Positions 30,151-41,033 are shown, counted from the first letter of the stretch. The stretch: 64,000 nucleotides of DNA from Dehalococcoidia bacterium (GCA_030619865.1 JAUXAP010000002.1:707-64706), one strand, 5' to 3'. The notes: a model not told the origin generated them from the letters alone. Numbers and translations are program-made.

Positions 30151-31370
30151 TGACCCGTCGGATTATGCATATTGACCTGGATGCCTTTTTTGTCTCAGTA
30201 GAGCGAACACTGAATCCGAAACTTCAAGGTAAGCCGGTAGTAGTTGGTGGCAGACCTGAAAGTCGGGGTGTAGTGGCTTCAGCTTCTTATGAAGCTCGGG
30301 CTTTTGGCTTATATGCTGGCATGCCCCTCACCACTGCCATTCGCCTTTGTCCCCAGGCTATCTTTATAGAAGGTGGCTTCCCTAAATACCGCGATGCTTC
30401 ACAAAAATTTATGGCTATTCTGGCCGATTTCTCACCCTATCTGGAGCCAATGGGTCTTGATGAAGCCTACCTGGATGCAACCGGCTTTGAATCTATCTAT
30501 GGCTCCGTTCACCAGATGGCAGTAAATATAAAGCAGCGGACTAAAGATGAACTAGGGCTTTATGCCTCGGTAGGTATCGCCAGCTGCAAGGTAGTAGCCA
30601 AGATTGCCTCTGAGCTATCCAAGCCAGACGGATTATTAGAGGTAGCAGCCGGGGAGGAGCGCTCCTTCCTGGCGCCTTTGCCTATTGCTAAGCTACCCGG
30701 AATCGGCAAGAAGACCGAGCGGATACTGGATGGTTTGGGCATCCATACTATCGGGGAGCTAGCCGTTACGCCACTCAATGTGCTGAAGAGTCACCTTGGT
30801 GCTGCTAGTGAGTGGCTGCATAATCACGCTAATGGTATTGACGATAGGAAGGTAGAGCCTCCCAGCGCTGCCAAGTCCATCAGTCGAGAAACTACTTTTG
30901 GCAAGGATACTGGAGACCGCTCCTTCCTCACGGCAACGCTTCGTTATCTTAGTGAACGGGTCGGCAGCAGGTTACGCCGACAAGGCAAGCAATTCAGATG
31001 TGTAACTTTGAAACTCAGGTATGCTGATTTCACCACCATCACCCGCAACCAGACCTTGAGCCAGGCCGCTGACACTGACCAGACCATCTTTGACACCGGG
31101 CAGAAGCTGCTAAAGAAGGCACTAGCTCAGGAAAAGCAACCAGTCCGTCTCGTTGGCATCGGGGTATCAAATCTGACTGAGTCTGGCAAACAGCTGGACA
31201 TGCTGGATACTTCAGCCCAAAGGCAGGAGCAATTAAACAAAGCCATTGACCGCATCCGCAAGAAGTATGGCTTTACTGCCATCCAAACAGGCAGGACGCT
31301 ACGGCTAAAGGATATTTTTGTCAGTGATAAGGACGGCTATACGCTACAGACACCGAGTTTGTCGAGGTAG
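30150..31370 (+). CDS. dinB: DNA polymerase IV
   Basis: HIDLDAFF, ASYEAR, GLDEAYLD, AKIAS..KPDG. Confidence 0.95.
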   Translation: MTRRIMHIDLDAFFVSVERTLNPKLQGKPVVVGGRPESRGVVASASYEARAFGLYAGMPLTTAIRLCPQAIFIEGGFPKYRDASQKFMAILADFSPYLEPMGLDEAYLDATGFESIYGSVHQMAVNIKQRTKDELGLYASVGIASCKVVAKIASELSKPDGLLEVAAGEERSFLAPLPIAKLPGIGKKTERILDGLGIHTIGELAVTPLNVLKSHLGAASEWLHNHANGIDDRKVEPPSAAKSISRETTFGKDTGDRSFLTATLRYLSERVGSRLRRQGKQFRCVTLKLRYADFTTITRNQTLSQAADTDQTIFDTGQKLLKKALAQEKQPVRLVGIGVSNLTESGKQLDMLDTSAQRQEQLNKAIDRIRKKYGFTAIQTGRTLRLKDIFVSDKDGYTLQTPSLSR

Positions 31371-31382
31371 GACAACTACCCC

Positions 31383-31769
31383 TCATCCAGAAAGCCTCTT
31401 CTCACCAGTTATCTTCTGGAATTCGGTTATGTCCTGGGTGCACTCAAGCGTGCCCAGATATTTACCAGTTTTGTCTCTAACGGCGAAATACCTGATGTAT
31501 ATCTTGCGTCCTTTAAGGTCAATCCAAAATTCAGACACATCTCTCTTGCCTGACTTTAGGTCGCTTACAACTTGATTGACCTTGTGTACGCTTTCTTTAG
31601 GATGGCAGTCCTGCACCTTCCTGCCTATCACCGCCGGCGTCCGTCTAAATATCCTTTTGTCTCCCTTGCTGTAATACCTGACCGTATCAGTATCATCCAC
31701 GAATGATACTTCCACCGGTAGTGTGTCAAAGATAGCCTCTAGTGTTTCGGTTGAAAACTTTTCCAGCAT
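31383..31769 (-). CDS. stand-alone PAS-domain protein (DUF438-associated type)
   Basis: LPVEVSFVD, IGRKVQDCHP, GTLECTQDIT. Confidence 0.82.
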   Translation of the reverse strand: MLEKFSTETLEAIFDTLPVEVSFVDDTDTVRYYSKGDKRIFRRTPAVIGRKVQDCHPKESVHKVNQVVSDLKSGKRDVSEFWIDLKGRKIYIRYFAVRDKTGKYLGTLECTQDITEFQKITGEKRLSG

Positions 31770-31893
31770 TGCTCATCTCCTAATTTCATATTATATCTAA
31801 TATATAGCACTTATCCCAATCTACTGCAAACCTACTTGTTTTCTGTCCCAGCAATGGCTATAATAAAGCCCATCTAAGAGAGGAGATTTAGAA

Positions 31894-32799
31894 ATGCCAT
31901 CGTACGCCTATTTCCAAAAACAGTTTGTTCCCTTGCCTGAAGCCAAGATAGGTGTTATGACTCACGCTCTGCACTATGGCATTGCCGCTTTTGAGGGCAT
32001 CAGGGGCAACTGGAATAGTGACCACAAACAGATGTATATCTTCCGCCTTAAAGAGCATTATGAGCGACTACACAATAGCTGCCAGGTGCTGAAGATTAAC
32101 CTGCCATATACCGTAGACGAGCTCTGCCAGATAACAGTGAAGCTGGTGGAAAAGTGTGGTTTTCAAGAAGATATTTACATCCGCCCTCTGGCTTATAAAA
32201 GCTCTGAGGCTTTAGGTGTTCGCCTTCATGACTTGGAATGCGATTTCTTAGTCTTCGCTTTCCCCTGGGGACCATATTTGCCAGACAAAGTCAGTTGTGG
32301 TGTATCCTCCTGGCGGTGTCCTAAGGAAGTACCGCGAGCCAAGCTTACCGGGCTTTATATCAATAATGCTCTGGCTAAGACAGAAGCTGTGGAAAACGGC
32401 TTTGACGAGGCAATTATGCTTACCGCAGATGGCTATGTCGCTGACGGGAGTGGTGAGAATATCTTTCTGGTTACAGATGGCAAATTGGTAACTCCAGCCA
32501 GCTATAATAGCATTTTAATGGGTATCACCCGTGATACGGTAATAAAACTGGCTAAAAATGAGCTGGGTATCGAAACGATAGAAAAATCTATTGAGCGCGC
32601 TGAGCTTTATGCTGCCGATGAGTGCTTTTTAACCGGCACTGCCGCCAATGTAACCCCCGTAGCTGAGATAGACCGTCGCCAGATAGGCAACGGCGAAATT
32701 GGCGAGATAACAAAAAAATTACAGCAGCTCTACTCCAATGTAATACGAGGCAACAATTCAAAATACCTTGACTGGTGCACACCAGTCTATACAAAATAA
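31894..32799 (+). CDS. ilvE: branched-chain amino acid aminotransferase
   Basis: HALHYG..FEGIR, GSGENIF, GITR, FLTGTAA. Confidence 0.93.
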   Translation: MPSYAYFQKQFVPLPEAKIGVMTHALHYGIAAFEGIRGNWNSDHKQMYIFRLKEHYERLHNSCQVLKINLPYTVDELCQITVKLVEKCGFQEDIYIRPLAYKSSEALGVRLHDLECDFLVFAFPWGPYLPDKVSCGVSSWRCPKEVPRAKLTGLYINNALAKTEAVENGFDEAIMLTADGYVADGSGENIFLVTDGKLVTPASYNSILMGITRDTVIKLAKNELGIETIEKSIERAELYAADECFLTGTAANVTPVAEIDRRQIGNGEIGEITKKLQQLYSNVIRGNNSKYLDWCTPVYTK

Positions 32800-33035
32800 G
32801 CTCAGTATCGGAAGCTCAAATGAGCTATATTGTAACCGGGATTATAGCTGTGCTTATTGGTTATCTGCTTGGTTTCTGGAAAAGTCGTGGCTGCTTGTTG
32901 CTTTCTCCCTCGTTTTACTGGTAATAATGGTAGTCCACTTTTTACCTACAGCTAGGGCTGCTTTAGTCAAGGCTGGAAGTAGAGAGAACCTCGCTGCTGA
33001 GCTATTGCGGAGGGATAAAGATAAAGGACGTTAAG

Positions 33036-33605
33036 CTATTTCTTAGCTTTGTCTACCTGTAACGACTTCAGCAAGCAAATGACCTGGCAGCTTGCCTCCA
33101 GGGTGGTAGTGCAGTTATAAGCTTCCTCAAGTAACTGCCCAATAGCAAAGCTGCCATGCCCATGAGCCATGACAATCCTGTGTTCCTTTAAAGCCTGAGC
33201 AATTATATCAGCCAGACCGCCCGGTCTCACTTCCATATGCCAACCAAGAACTGGAACCTGACCAATCGTAGAAAGCCCCTCGGCACCGTTGGGTACAATC
33301 TCAGTTTTAGTTAATGATAGGGCAACAGCATGGGGTGGATGGGCATGAACGATGGCTAGTGCTGGAGTTTGCTGATAAATAGCGCGATGGACAGCTAATT
33401 CCATTGAAGCTAGTGGTGTTGACCGGTCATTTTTACTTATACCGGTCTCTATTAGATCATGTTCTTGCAGACAACCGAGCATGATACCACGGCGGGTAAT
33501 GATTATGCGGTCTCCCAACCTAATACTCAGATTCCCACTATGAGAAGAGACAAGTCCCCTGGTAGAAAGGTCACGACCTACAGTCTGAAACTGAGATAAA
33601 ATCAT
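33036..33605 (-). CDS. class II aldolase/adducin family protein
   Basis: SGNLSIR, ASMELAVH, HAHP, GHG. Confidence 0.88.
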   Translation of the reverse strand: MILSQFQTVGRDLSTRGLVSSHSGNLSIRLGDRIIITRRGIMLGCLQEHDLIETGISKNDRSTPLASMELAVHRAIYQQTPALAIVHAHPPHAVALSLTKTEIVPNGAEGLSTIGQVPVLGWHMEVRPGGLADIIAQALKEHRIVMAHGHGSFAIGQLLEEAYNCTTTLEASCQVICLLKSLQVDKAKK

Positions 33606-33679
33606 GATTTCCTCTTTAACTGTCAGATTAGGCTGTTGCTAATTTACACCCATTAACGACAAAAAATCAAATCAAGCGG

Positions 33680-34321
33680 CTACGCCAACTGTCTAATGAC
33701 AGCAATGACCCTACCCTGAATCTCAACATTGTCCGGCTCAGTATATATAGGTTTCATCTGACTATTTGCTGGCTGGAGGCGGATACGGTCCGGCTCACGA
33801 TAAACTTTCTTCAGTGTAGCCTCTTTTTCAGCCCTAAGCCAGATGGCTGCCATCTCCCCATTCTCCACCACATTTACATATTGCATCAACACAATATCCC
33901 CATCATTAACCAGGGCATCCACCATTGACGAGCCCTTCACCTTCAGAGCATAAACCCCTTCTCTATCCCGAGTCAAGTCTCCGGACACCTGTAGAGTCTC
34001 TGAGGAAGCAGCAACATCCCAGGTATCAGGAGTAGGCACTGGTATTGGCTCACCGGCTGCTATTTGGCCAATGACAGGAACTTGAACCTGATGCCCAAGG
34101 GTAGGGGGCCGAGTGAGTAACTCGATACCACGCGATATCTCAGGATGGCGGCGAATATATCCCTCCTTCTCCAATATATCCAGGTTATAGTCCACGACAG
34201 AGGTCGAGCTAATCCCGCACCCATGTACTATGTCCCTGATAGTCGGGGGATAGCCCCTATCCGTCCAGAAACGACGAATAAAGTCAATAATATGTTGTTG
34301 TTTAGGTGATAATGCTTTCAT
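33680..34321 (-). CDS. lexA: SOS repressor LexA
   Basis: YPPTIRDI, IAAGEP cleavage site, GSSM, ATLKK. Confidence 0.96.
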   Translation of the reverse strand: MKALSPKQQHIIDFIRRFWTDRGYPPTIRDIVHGCGISSTSVVDYNLDILEKEGYIRRHPEISRGIELLTRPPTLGHQVQVPVIGQIAAGEPIPVPTPDTWDVAASSETLQVSGDLTRDREGVYALKVKGSSMVDALVNDGDIVLMQYVNVVENGEMAAIWLRAEKEATLKKVYREPDRIRLQPANSQMKPIYTEPDNVEIQGRVIAVIRQLA

Positions 34322-34334
34322 TCTTCATCTTGAA

Positions 34335-34348
34335 CGAACATTTGTTCT
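34335..34348. promoter_or_regulatory. LexA (SOS) box
   Basis: CGAAC-ATTT-GTTCT immediately upstream of lexA. Confidence 0.85.
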
Positions 34349-34531
34349 ATAAAAACTTTATACTAAATGGGATTTTTTGTCAATACCACTTGCGATATTT
34401 TTGATAATTCTAAGCCTAAGAATTGATGCGTAGGGTATAGAAGTCGTACTAACTGCAGGGGACAAAATGACGTTTTGTTCACAACTTGCATCTATGCTAG
34501 CATTGACTGTAAAGGTTGGAGGTGAGCCAAA

Positions 34532-35161
34532 ATGAATGGGATCGTACTGCCAGAGGTCGAAGCATATATGTACGGGCTATTGCCACAACGCGATCAGGTG
34601 CTCTCTGAAATTGAGACGTTAGCCGCCAGTCATAGAATACCGATTATCGGTCCTGCCGTAGGAAGGATACTCTTTCTCCTGGCTAAACTGATCAACGCCA
34701 AGCACGTTTTCGAGATGGGATCAGCAGTGGGATATTCGACCATATGGCTGGCAAGAGGGACTGGTGAAAGTGGGGTAGTTTACTACACGGACACAGATGA
34801 GGAGAATGCCAAACGGGCAGCAGTCTATTTCAAGAAGGCGGGGGTCAGCGATCAAGTAAGACTGCTCATCGGCGATGCTCTCCACCTGATAGATACGGTG
34901 GAAGGAGATTTCGATCTCATATTCAATGATGTAGGCAAAGATCGGTATCCAGAGGTCTTCGCCAAAGCTTACCCGAGACTACGCCCTGGTGGGCTCCTAG
35001 TGAGTGACAATGTTTTGTGGTACGGGAAGGTGGCCGGAGGGAACAGGGACACGGCAACCCAAGCAGTGCGTGAGTTCAACCGGCTCCTATATTCTACAGA
35101 CGGTTTGTTTACTACGATCCTGCCAATTCGCGACGGGATTTCGGTAAGCCTAAAACTATGA
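34532..35161 (+). CDS. class I SAM-dependent O-methyltransferase
   Basis: EMGSAVGYSTIWLA, FDLIFND, DNVLW. Confidence 0.9.
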   Translation: MNGIVLPEVEAYMYGLLPQRDQVLSEIETLAASHRIPIIGPAVGRILFLLAKLINAKHVFEMGSAVGYSTIWLARGTGESGVVYYTDTDEENAKRAAVYFKKAGVSDQVRLLIGDALHLIDTVEGDFDLIFNDVGKDRYPEVFAKAYPRLRPGGLLVSDNVLWYGKVAGGNRDTATQAVREFNRLLYSTDGLFTTILPIRDGISVSLKL

Positions 35162-35233
35162 CCGCCTTACGTGGGACAGCATCAGGCGCGGAGGACAGAT
35201 TAGCAGTCAATGACACATCACCTCTGGAGTAAA

Positions 35234-35262
35234 TTGCGGATAAGACCCTCTGTTGCTATAAT
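35234..35262 (+). promoter_or_regulatory. sigma70 promoter of tRNA-Ala
   Basis: TTGCGG-N17-TATAAT. Confidence 0.65.
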
Positions 35263-35273
35263 ACTTTGGGAAT

Positions 35274-35346
35274 GGGGCTGTAGCTTAGTTGGGAGAGCGC
35301 CTCCCTTGCACGGAGGAGGTCAGGGGTTCGAGTCCCCTCAGCTCCA
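35274..35346 (+). tRNA. tRNA-Ala (TGC)
   Basis: GGGGCTG/CAGCTCC stem with G3:U70, loop CTTGCAC, TTCGAGT. Confidence 0.95.
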
Positions 35347-35526
35347 CTTAGCTTCTAAGGAATCATCAGCGTAAAATAATGGTGGTGAGGAAAAGCTCGA
35401 ATCTTGTTCTTTCAAACTGCTTCCCTCTTCAGAATCACAACCGGCTATGTATTGCATGGCATCAACAGCAACAGCTATAATAGGTTCTAACGGTGATTGG
35501 ATTTCATTTAGAAAGGTAGAAGAGTA

Positions 35527-36030
35527 GTGAGCTACCAGGAACATAAGCAAAAGGCACCTCGTAGCGTGAGCTGTGCTGTTTTAACCATCTCCGATAGCCG
35601 GACGGAACTGGATGATGAATCGGGCAAACTAATCAGGCAAAAGCTCAGCCAAAGCGGGCACCGGGTAATGTTTTATTCTATTTTGAAAAACGAGACAGAC
35701 TCTATTAAGAAGAAGATACATGAACTGCTAAGACAGCAGGAGCTGCAAGTCATCATTACCAGTGGTGGGACCGGAGTAAGCCATAGAGACATTACCGTAG
35801 AGACAATAGCCCCAATTCTTGAGAAGAAGCTGGATGGCTTTGGACAGCTTTTTCGGTTCTTATCTTACCAGGAGATAGGCACCGCTGCTATTATGAGTAG
35901 AGCCTTTGCCGGTGTAGCTCAGAGAAAGGTGATTCTTTGTCTTCCCGGCTCCCCTGGGGCGGCAAATCTGGCAATGGATAAGATAATCTTGCCTGAAATT
36001 GGACACATGGTTAGGGAGGCAACAAGGTGA
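35527..36030 (+). CDS. moaB: MoaB/MogA molybdopterin adenylyltransferase
   Basis: LTISDSR, DESG, GGTG..RDITVE, LPGS. Confidence 0.9.
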   Translation: MSYQEHKQKAPRSVSCAVLTISDSRTELDDESGKLIRQKLSQSGHRVMFYSILKNETDSIKKKIHELLRQQELQVIITSGGTGVSHRDITVETIAPILEKKLDGFGQLFRFLSYQEIGTAAIMSRAFAGVAQRKVILCLPGSPGAANLAMDKIILPEIGHMVREATR

Positions 36031-37232
36031 AACCTTTTGGAGCACTTATTCCCTTTGAGGAAGCGAAAAGGGTCATCGAGGCAAACATAAAGCCAATCAC
36101 CAGGGTGGAAACAATCAATATTGATGATTCCTCAGGGAGGGTTCTGGCAGAAGACATCGTCGCTACTTTGAACAGTCCCCCCTTTAATAGAGCCGCTATG
36201 GACGGTTACGCTGTTAAAGCCAAAGATACCTTTAATTCCGGCCAATTCAATCCAAAGGTACTCAACCTAATTGGTGAATTACATGCTGGGGAGACACCTC
36301 AGAAGAGGGTGAATACGGGGGAATGTATTCAGATTGCTACCGGGGCAGTGATGCCCACTGGTGCGGATGCCGTGGTTATGGTTGAGGATACCGAGGTAGA
36401 AAACGGCAGGGTAAAAGTATTCAAGTCGGGCTACCCAAAAGCCAATGTGGCTCGAAAGGGAGAGGACATCAGGAAAGGGGAACTTGTTCTAAGGCATGGC
36501 TTTGTGCTGGATGCAGGCAGGGTGGGGGTACTTGCCTCTCAGGGGATAACCCAAGTCAAGGTCTATGAAAAACCAAAGGTGGCTGTTTTCCCTAGTGGGG
36601 GAGAGGTAATTGAGGTTGGCAAAAAGTTAAGGCAGGGGCAGGTCTACGATATTAACTCTCATACTATCGCCTCGGTGGTGAAGGCAAACGGAGGCATTCC
36701 TCTGAGGTTTGGAATCATTGAGGATGACCGCGAGAACATCAAAGCAAAGATTGCGGAAGGTTTGAAAAGTGACCTGGTGGTTATTTCGGGAGGCTCTTCG
36801 GTAGGAGAGAAAGACCTATTAGTCGATGTCCTTCAGGACTGGGGTGAGGTTCTCTTCCATGGAATTCAAGTAAAACCCGGGAAACCGACCATTTTTGCCA
36901 TGATACAGGGTAAGCCGCTCATGGGAATGCCGGGCTATCCTACTTCCTGTCTAATCAACGCTTACCTATTACTTTTACCGGCAATCAGAAAGATGGCTCG
37001 CCTCCCACTGAGAAAAGAGTGGAGCGTTAAGGCCAAGCTTTCCCGAAGAGTGCCGGGGAGCGTGGGCAGAAGGCAATTTTTAACCGTCAGAATCGAGAGT
37101 GGTGAGGCTGTCCCGGTTTACAAAGAGTCGGGAGCAATAACGAGTATAGCCGCCGCCGATGGCTACATTGAGATAGCAGAGAACATAGATTTGCTGGAGA
37201 AGGGTGAGCCAGTTACGGTAACACTGTTCTAA
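36027..37232 (+). CDS. moeA: molybdopterin metal insertase MoeA
   Basis: RAAMDGYAV, ATGA, SGGSSVG, KPGKP, PGYP. Confidence 0.94.
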   Translation: MKPFGALIPFEEAKRVIEANIKPITRVETINIDDSSGRVLAEDIVATLNSPPFNRAAMDGYAVKAKDTFNSGQFNPKVLNLIGELHAGETPQKRVNTGECIQIATGAVMPTGADAVVMVEDTEVENGRVKVFKSGYPKANVARKGEDIRKGELVLRHGFVLDAGRVGVLASQGITQVKVYEKPKVAVFPSGGEVIEVGKKLRQGQVYDINSHTIASVVKANGGIPLRFGIIEDDRENIKAKIAEGLKSDLVVISGGSSVGEKDLLVDVLQDWGEVLFHGIQVKPGKPTIFAMIQGKPLMGMPGYPTSCLINAYLLLLPAIRKMARLPLRKEWSVKAKLSRRVPGSVGRRQFLTVRIESGEAVPVYKESGAITSIAAADGYIEIAENIDLLEKGEPVTVTLF

Positions 37233-37244
37233 AATATCCTCGTT

Positions 37245-37691
37245 TTAGGTCTCCTTCTCCATAATCTTTAGCTCATCCCCGGCCTTAACTAGCCCACCTT
37301 TGATTACCCTGGCGAATATTCCCTCTTTAGGCATTATACATTTGCCTAGCTGCCGAAATATGGCACAGCCGATGTGGCACTCCTTTCCTATCTGGGTCAC
37401 CTCAAGGATTACCCCTTGTCCTACGGCCAGTCGGGTGCCAATAGGTAAAGATACCAGGTCTAGCCCCTCTACAGTGAGGTTTTCGGCAAAATCCCCGGCG
37501 CTTAACTGCAACCCCAGACTACTCATCTTCTCAATACTGGTTAAGGTTAGCAGGCTTACCTGCCGATGGGTATCAGAGGCAGCATGGGCATCGCCTACTA
37601 AACCATAATCTTCTTTAAACAACCCTTCATCTATGGGGTTTTTACTCACCCCCTTGGTGTCACTTCGGCAGACGGCTACAATCCTTGCCAT
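37245..37691 (-). CDS. MOSC domain protein
   Basis: GDAHA, RQVSLL, GDFAEN, TQIGKECH..C; start set at MARIV. Confidence 0.88.
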   Translation of the reverse strand: MARIVAVCRSDTKGVSKNPIDEGLFKEDYGLVGDAHAASDTHRQVSLLTLTSIEKMSSLGLQLSAGDFAENLTVEGLDLVSLPIGTRLAVGQGVILEVTQIGKECHIGCAIFRQLGKCIMPKEGIFARVIKGGLVKAGDELKIMEKET

Positions 37692-37695
37692 GTCT

Positions 37696-38178
37696 CTAAT
37701 CTCCCCTTTTCCTTCGGTAGATTCCGCTTTTTCCGCCCTTTTTGCTTTCCAGGCATATTTCAGCAATTGTCATCCCCCGGTCTACAGACTTACCCATGTC
37801 GTAGATGGTCAAGGCGCTGACTGAGGCGGCAACCATAGCCTCCATCTCAACCCCGGTTTTGCCGGTACTCTCTACTCTGGCAGTGATTTCTATGGAGTCA
37901 TTCCCGGACAGGTCAAACTCAATAGCGATGTTATCAATCAATATTGGGTGACACAGGGGTATCAGGTGAGGTGTCTTTTTGGCAGCCATAATACCAGCTA
38001 CCTTGGCTACAGACAGAACGTCCCCCTTTTCCAGCCCGCCAGTCTTTATCTGCTCCAGGGTACTCGGTTTCATTGTTATCCTGCCCTTGGCTACAGCCAC
38101 ACGTTTGGTATCACCTTTCTGACCCACATTAACCATTTGGGCCTCACCCCTTGAGTTTATATGAGTTAGCTTGGTCAT
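37696..38178 (-). CDS. moaC: cPMP synthase MoaC
   Basis: LIPLCHP, TGVEMEA, LTIYDM, KKGGKSG. Confidence 0.96.
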   Translation of the reverse strand: MTKLTHINSRGEAQMVNVGQKGDTKRVAVAKGRITMKPSTLEQIKTGGLEKGDVLSVAKVAGIMAAKKTPHLIPLCHPILIDNIAIEFDLSGNDSIEITARVESTGKTGVEMEAMVAASVSALTIYDMGKSVDRGMTIAEICLESKKGGKSGIYRRKRGD

Positions 38179-38217
38179 TATCTTCCTCCTCTCTCTTGCT
38201 TCCGTCCAGACATAGTC

Positions 38218-39201
38218 CTAGCCGCCTATCTGCCACATTTGCCGCTTACCTGAGATAGGCTCTTCACCTAAGCGGTGCTGTTCCCTCTTCAAGGTAGCCG
38301 CTTCCTGTATTAACTGTTGCAGCTCCTCGATACTGGCACCTCTACGCAGTGGTTCTTTTATATCCACTTCATCGTCTTCCAGAAGGCACGGTCGTAGCCG
38401 ACCATCAGCAGTGAGACGAAAGCGGTTGCAGTCGGCGCAAAAACAATCGGTTATTGCCCCTATGAAACCTATAGTCCCCGTGGCATTTGGTAACTGGTAA
38501 TACTTGGCTGGGCCATTGCCTGATTTCGGCCAGCATGGTCTAAGCTCACCAAGTGTTCCCTGAATGACGGCCATTATTTCTCCAATAGCCACCAGCCGGT
38601 TAGCTTCCGCCGCAGACCTTACAAACGGCATGTACTCGATAAATCGTACATGCCAGCCATCGCTAAGGCTCAGGCGAGCCAGGTCAAGTAGCTCATCGTC
38701 ATTTATACCTCTCAGAACTACCATGTTTATTTTCACCGGGTTTAGCTGAGCCCTTTTTGCCGCCTCAATACCGCTGAGCACGTCCTTTAGTTTATCACTG
38801 CCGGTGATACGTTGGAACCTATCCGGCTTTAATGTATCCAGGCTAATATTAACTCGTTTAAGGCCAGCCGCTTTAAGCTCAGCAGCATATTTATCAAGCA
38901 TGGTGCCATTAGTGGTAAGTGATATTTCCTCAATGCTATCAACTGGGGAGAGCAATTCGACCAATTTGCTCAGGTCTGGCCTTACCAGAGGCTCTCCCCC
39001 TGTAAGGCGTATGCTTCTAACACCCAACCCGGCGGCTACTTGAACCACTCTGTGGATTTCTTCGTAGCGAAGAATATCGTCATGCGATAGGTGGGGCATT
39101 GATTGCACGGTGCAGTAGATACAGCGCAGGTTACAGCGGTCAGTGACCGATATGCGCATGTAATTGATACGCCGATGAAAAGCATCGAAAAGACCCGTCA
39201 T
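38218..39201 (-). CDS. moaA: GTP 3',8-cyclase MoaA
   Basis: DRCNLRCIYC, TGGEP, FCADCNR, C-terminal IGG. Confidence 0.96.
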   Translation of the reverse strand: MTGLFDAFHRRINYMRISVTDRCNLRCIYCTVQSMPHLSHDDILRYEEIHRVVQVAAGLGVRSIRLTGGEPLVRPDLSKLVELLSPVDSIEEISLTTNGTMLDKYAAELKAAGLKRVNISLDTLKPDRFQRITGSDKLKDVLSGIEAAKRAQLNPVKINMVVLRGINDDELLDLARLSLSDGWHVRFIEYMPFVRSAAEANRLVAIGEIMAVIQGTLGELRPCWPKSGNGPAKYYQLPNATGTIGFIGAITDCFCADCNRFRLTADGRLRPCLLEDDEVDIKEPLRRGASIEELQQLIQEAATLKREQHRLGEEPISGKRQMWQIGG

Positions 39202-39247
39202 TCTCCTCTCCTTCTTATGAGGCTAGTTAATTCTTAAGTGCTTTGGT

Positions 39248-40333
39248 TCAATGACCTTCTCTCTTGATTACATGGACACCTGTAGCCTTGAAAGTGGCAC
39301 AAACCCGTCTCCCTTTTTTCAAGTCTAATTCCTCGGCTGACCTTCTGGTAACCAGAGATACCAGTCGAAAACCACAATCCAGTTCAACCCGTGTAACCGG
39401 CCCCGTTGATACTGTCCGCGTTACTATCCCGTTGAACGAGTTTCTGGCACTGCTTGGGACTTTTGACATGACGAGTGTTATATCTTCTGGTCTGACACAG
39501 GCAGAAACCTCTTCTCCTGTAGCGTAATCCGAAATCGCTTCTATGATAGTGCCACCAATATCTATGGTAACAACCTTATCCTGACTGGATGAAATCACCC
39601 CGTTTATAATATTCTCAACACCTACGAACTCGGCTACCTCTTTATTTCTGGGGTAGGCAAATATATCCCTTGAGCTTCCCATTTGAAGCACTTCACCATT
39701 CCCGAGCACAGCTATTCTATCAGCTAAGCGCTGGCCCTGTGCCATATCGTGTGTTGCCATTATTATAGTGGTAGAATATTGCCGAATAATGCCAGTTATC
39801 AATTCTTCAATCCTTGATGCCGAGATTGGGTCGAGGTTAGCTGTAGGTTCATCCAGCAGCAGTAGCTCTGGTTCAACAGCCATCGCTCTGGCTATAGCTA
39901 CTCTTTGTACTTCTCCCCCGGATAACGCTCGGGCATTTCTGTTTTTGTAGGCGGCGAGGTCGACCAGCTGCAGAATACTGCTGGCTTTTTCACGGATGTT
40001 GCCTTTCGCCATCCCTCTCCATCTTAAGCCATAGGTAATATTATCGTATACACTCATGTTAAATACTATCGGCTTCTGGAGGACGAAGGCCATCCGCCGA
40101 CGTATCTCTAATCTCACCGCCGCTGATGCAGTGGTATCTACTCCGTCAAAAAATATCTTTCCGGATGTGGGCATATCAATGAGGTCTATCAGACGTAGTA
40201 GCGTAGTTTTGCCCGCCCCGGTAGGGCCAATCAACGCCAAGACTTCTCCCTGCTCCACCTTTATGTTGATATCCTTAAGGATATCTCGCTCGCCGTATCT
40301 CTGGCATAGGTCTATGGTTTCTATTAAGGACAC
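39248..40333 (-). CDS. tupC: tungstate/molybdate ABC ATPase with TOBE domains
   Basis: GPTGAGKT, LSGGE, DEPT, SSARN TOBE. Confidence 0.85.
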   Translation of the reverse strand: MSLIETIDLCQRYGERDILKDINIKVEQGEVLALIGPTGAGKTTLLRLIDLIDMPTSGKIFFDGVDTTASAAVRLEIRRRMAFVLQKPIVFNMSVYDNITYGLRWRGMAKGNIREKASSILQLVDLAAYKNRNARALSGGEVQRVAIARAMAVEPELLLLDEPTANLDPISASRIEELITGIIRQYSTTIIMATHDMAQGQRLADRIAVLGNGEVLQMGSSRDIFAYPRNKEVAEFVGVENIINGVISSSQDKVVTIDIGGTIIEAISDYATGEEVSACVRPEDITLVMSKVPSSARNSFNGIVTRTVSTGPVTRVELDCGFRLVSLVTRRSAEELDLKKGRRVCATFKATGVHVIKREGH

Positions 40334-40335
40334 TG

Positions 40336-41022
40336 TTACCTCTGCTGTAGCCTATTTAATAGTATATTGATGATAAGAGCAATAAATATCAGAATTATAC
40401 CCAGTGCTATTGATAGCTCTAGATTACCCTTGGATGTCTCCAGCGATATGGCGGTAGTTAGGACTCTGGTAAATCCCCGAATATTCATGCCAACCATAAT
40501 GGCTATTCCCACCTCGGAGATGGCTCGGCCAAATCCCATTCCAACTGCTGCCACAACCGCAAATCTGGCTTCTCTCAGGACAACAATTGCGGTCTGAAAG
40601 CCGCTGGCACCGAGTGAACGAGCCGTGTCCAGTATTGCCTTGTCCACTCCACTGACAGCAGAAATAGTCAGGCCGAGAAGTATAGGTGTGATTAATATCA
40701 TTTGTCCCACCACCATAGTTGTTGGAGTGAAAAGTAGATTAAGTCCACCCAGCGGTCCGGCTTGGGAGAAGAGTACAAAAACAAACAGACCGATGGCAAC
40801 AGTCGGTATACTGAAGAATGTCTGAATCAGACTTATTACCAGCCTTTTACCTGGGAAACGGCGGAAGTGGATGAGACCGCCAAGCGGAATGCAGAAAAGA
40901 GAGGCAAGGAGAGTGGAGGTTAGCGCAATAATTAGCGACCTGCCGGCTATCCCCATCACCTCTGGCTCAAAAGAGATTATCAGTTCTACGGCCTTGGTCA
41001 GACCGCGCCATATCTCAACCAT
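40336..41022 (-). CDS. tupB: tungstate ABC permease
   Basis: LLFTP, FGRAISEVG, TRVLTTAISLETSKG. Confidence 0.9.
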   Translation of the reverse strand: MVEIWRGLTKAVELIISFEPEVMGIAGRSLIIALTSTLLASLFCIPLGGLIHFRRFPGKRLVISLIQTFFSIPTVAIGLFVFVLFSQAGPLGGLNLLFTPTTMVVGQMILITPILLGLTISAVSGVDKAILDTARSLGASGFQTAIVVLREARFAVVAAVGMGFGRAISEVGIAIMVGMNIRGFTRVLTTAISLETSKGNLELSIALGIILIFIALIINILLNRLQQR

Positions 41023-41033
41023 TAAGCCGACTC

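Noticed and set aside
32768-33034. 88-aa ORF and short opposite-strand frames between ilvE and the aldolase
   Set aside because: No convincing RBS or motif; overlaps the ilvE end
35274-35526. tRNA-Ala as an integration site
   Set aside because: No integrase or duplicated tRNA 3' end seen in the window
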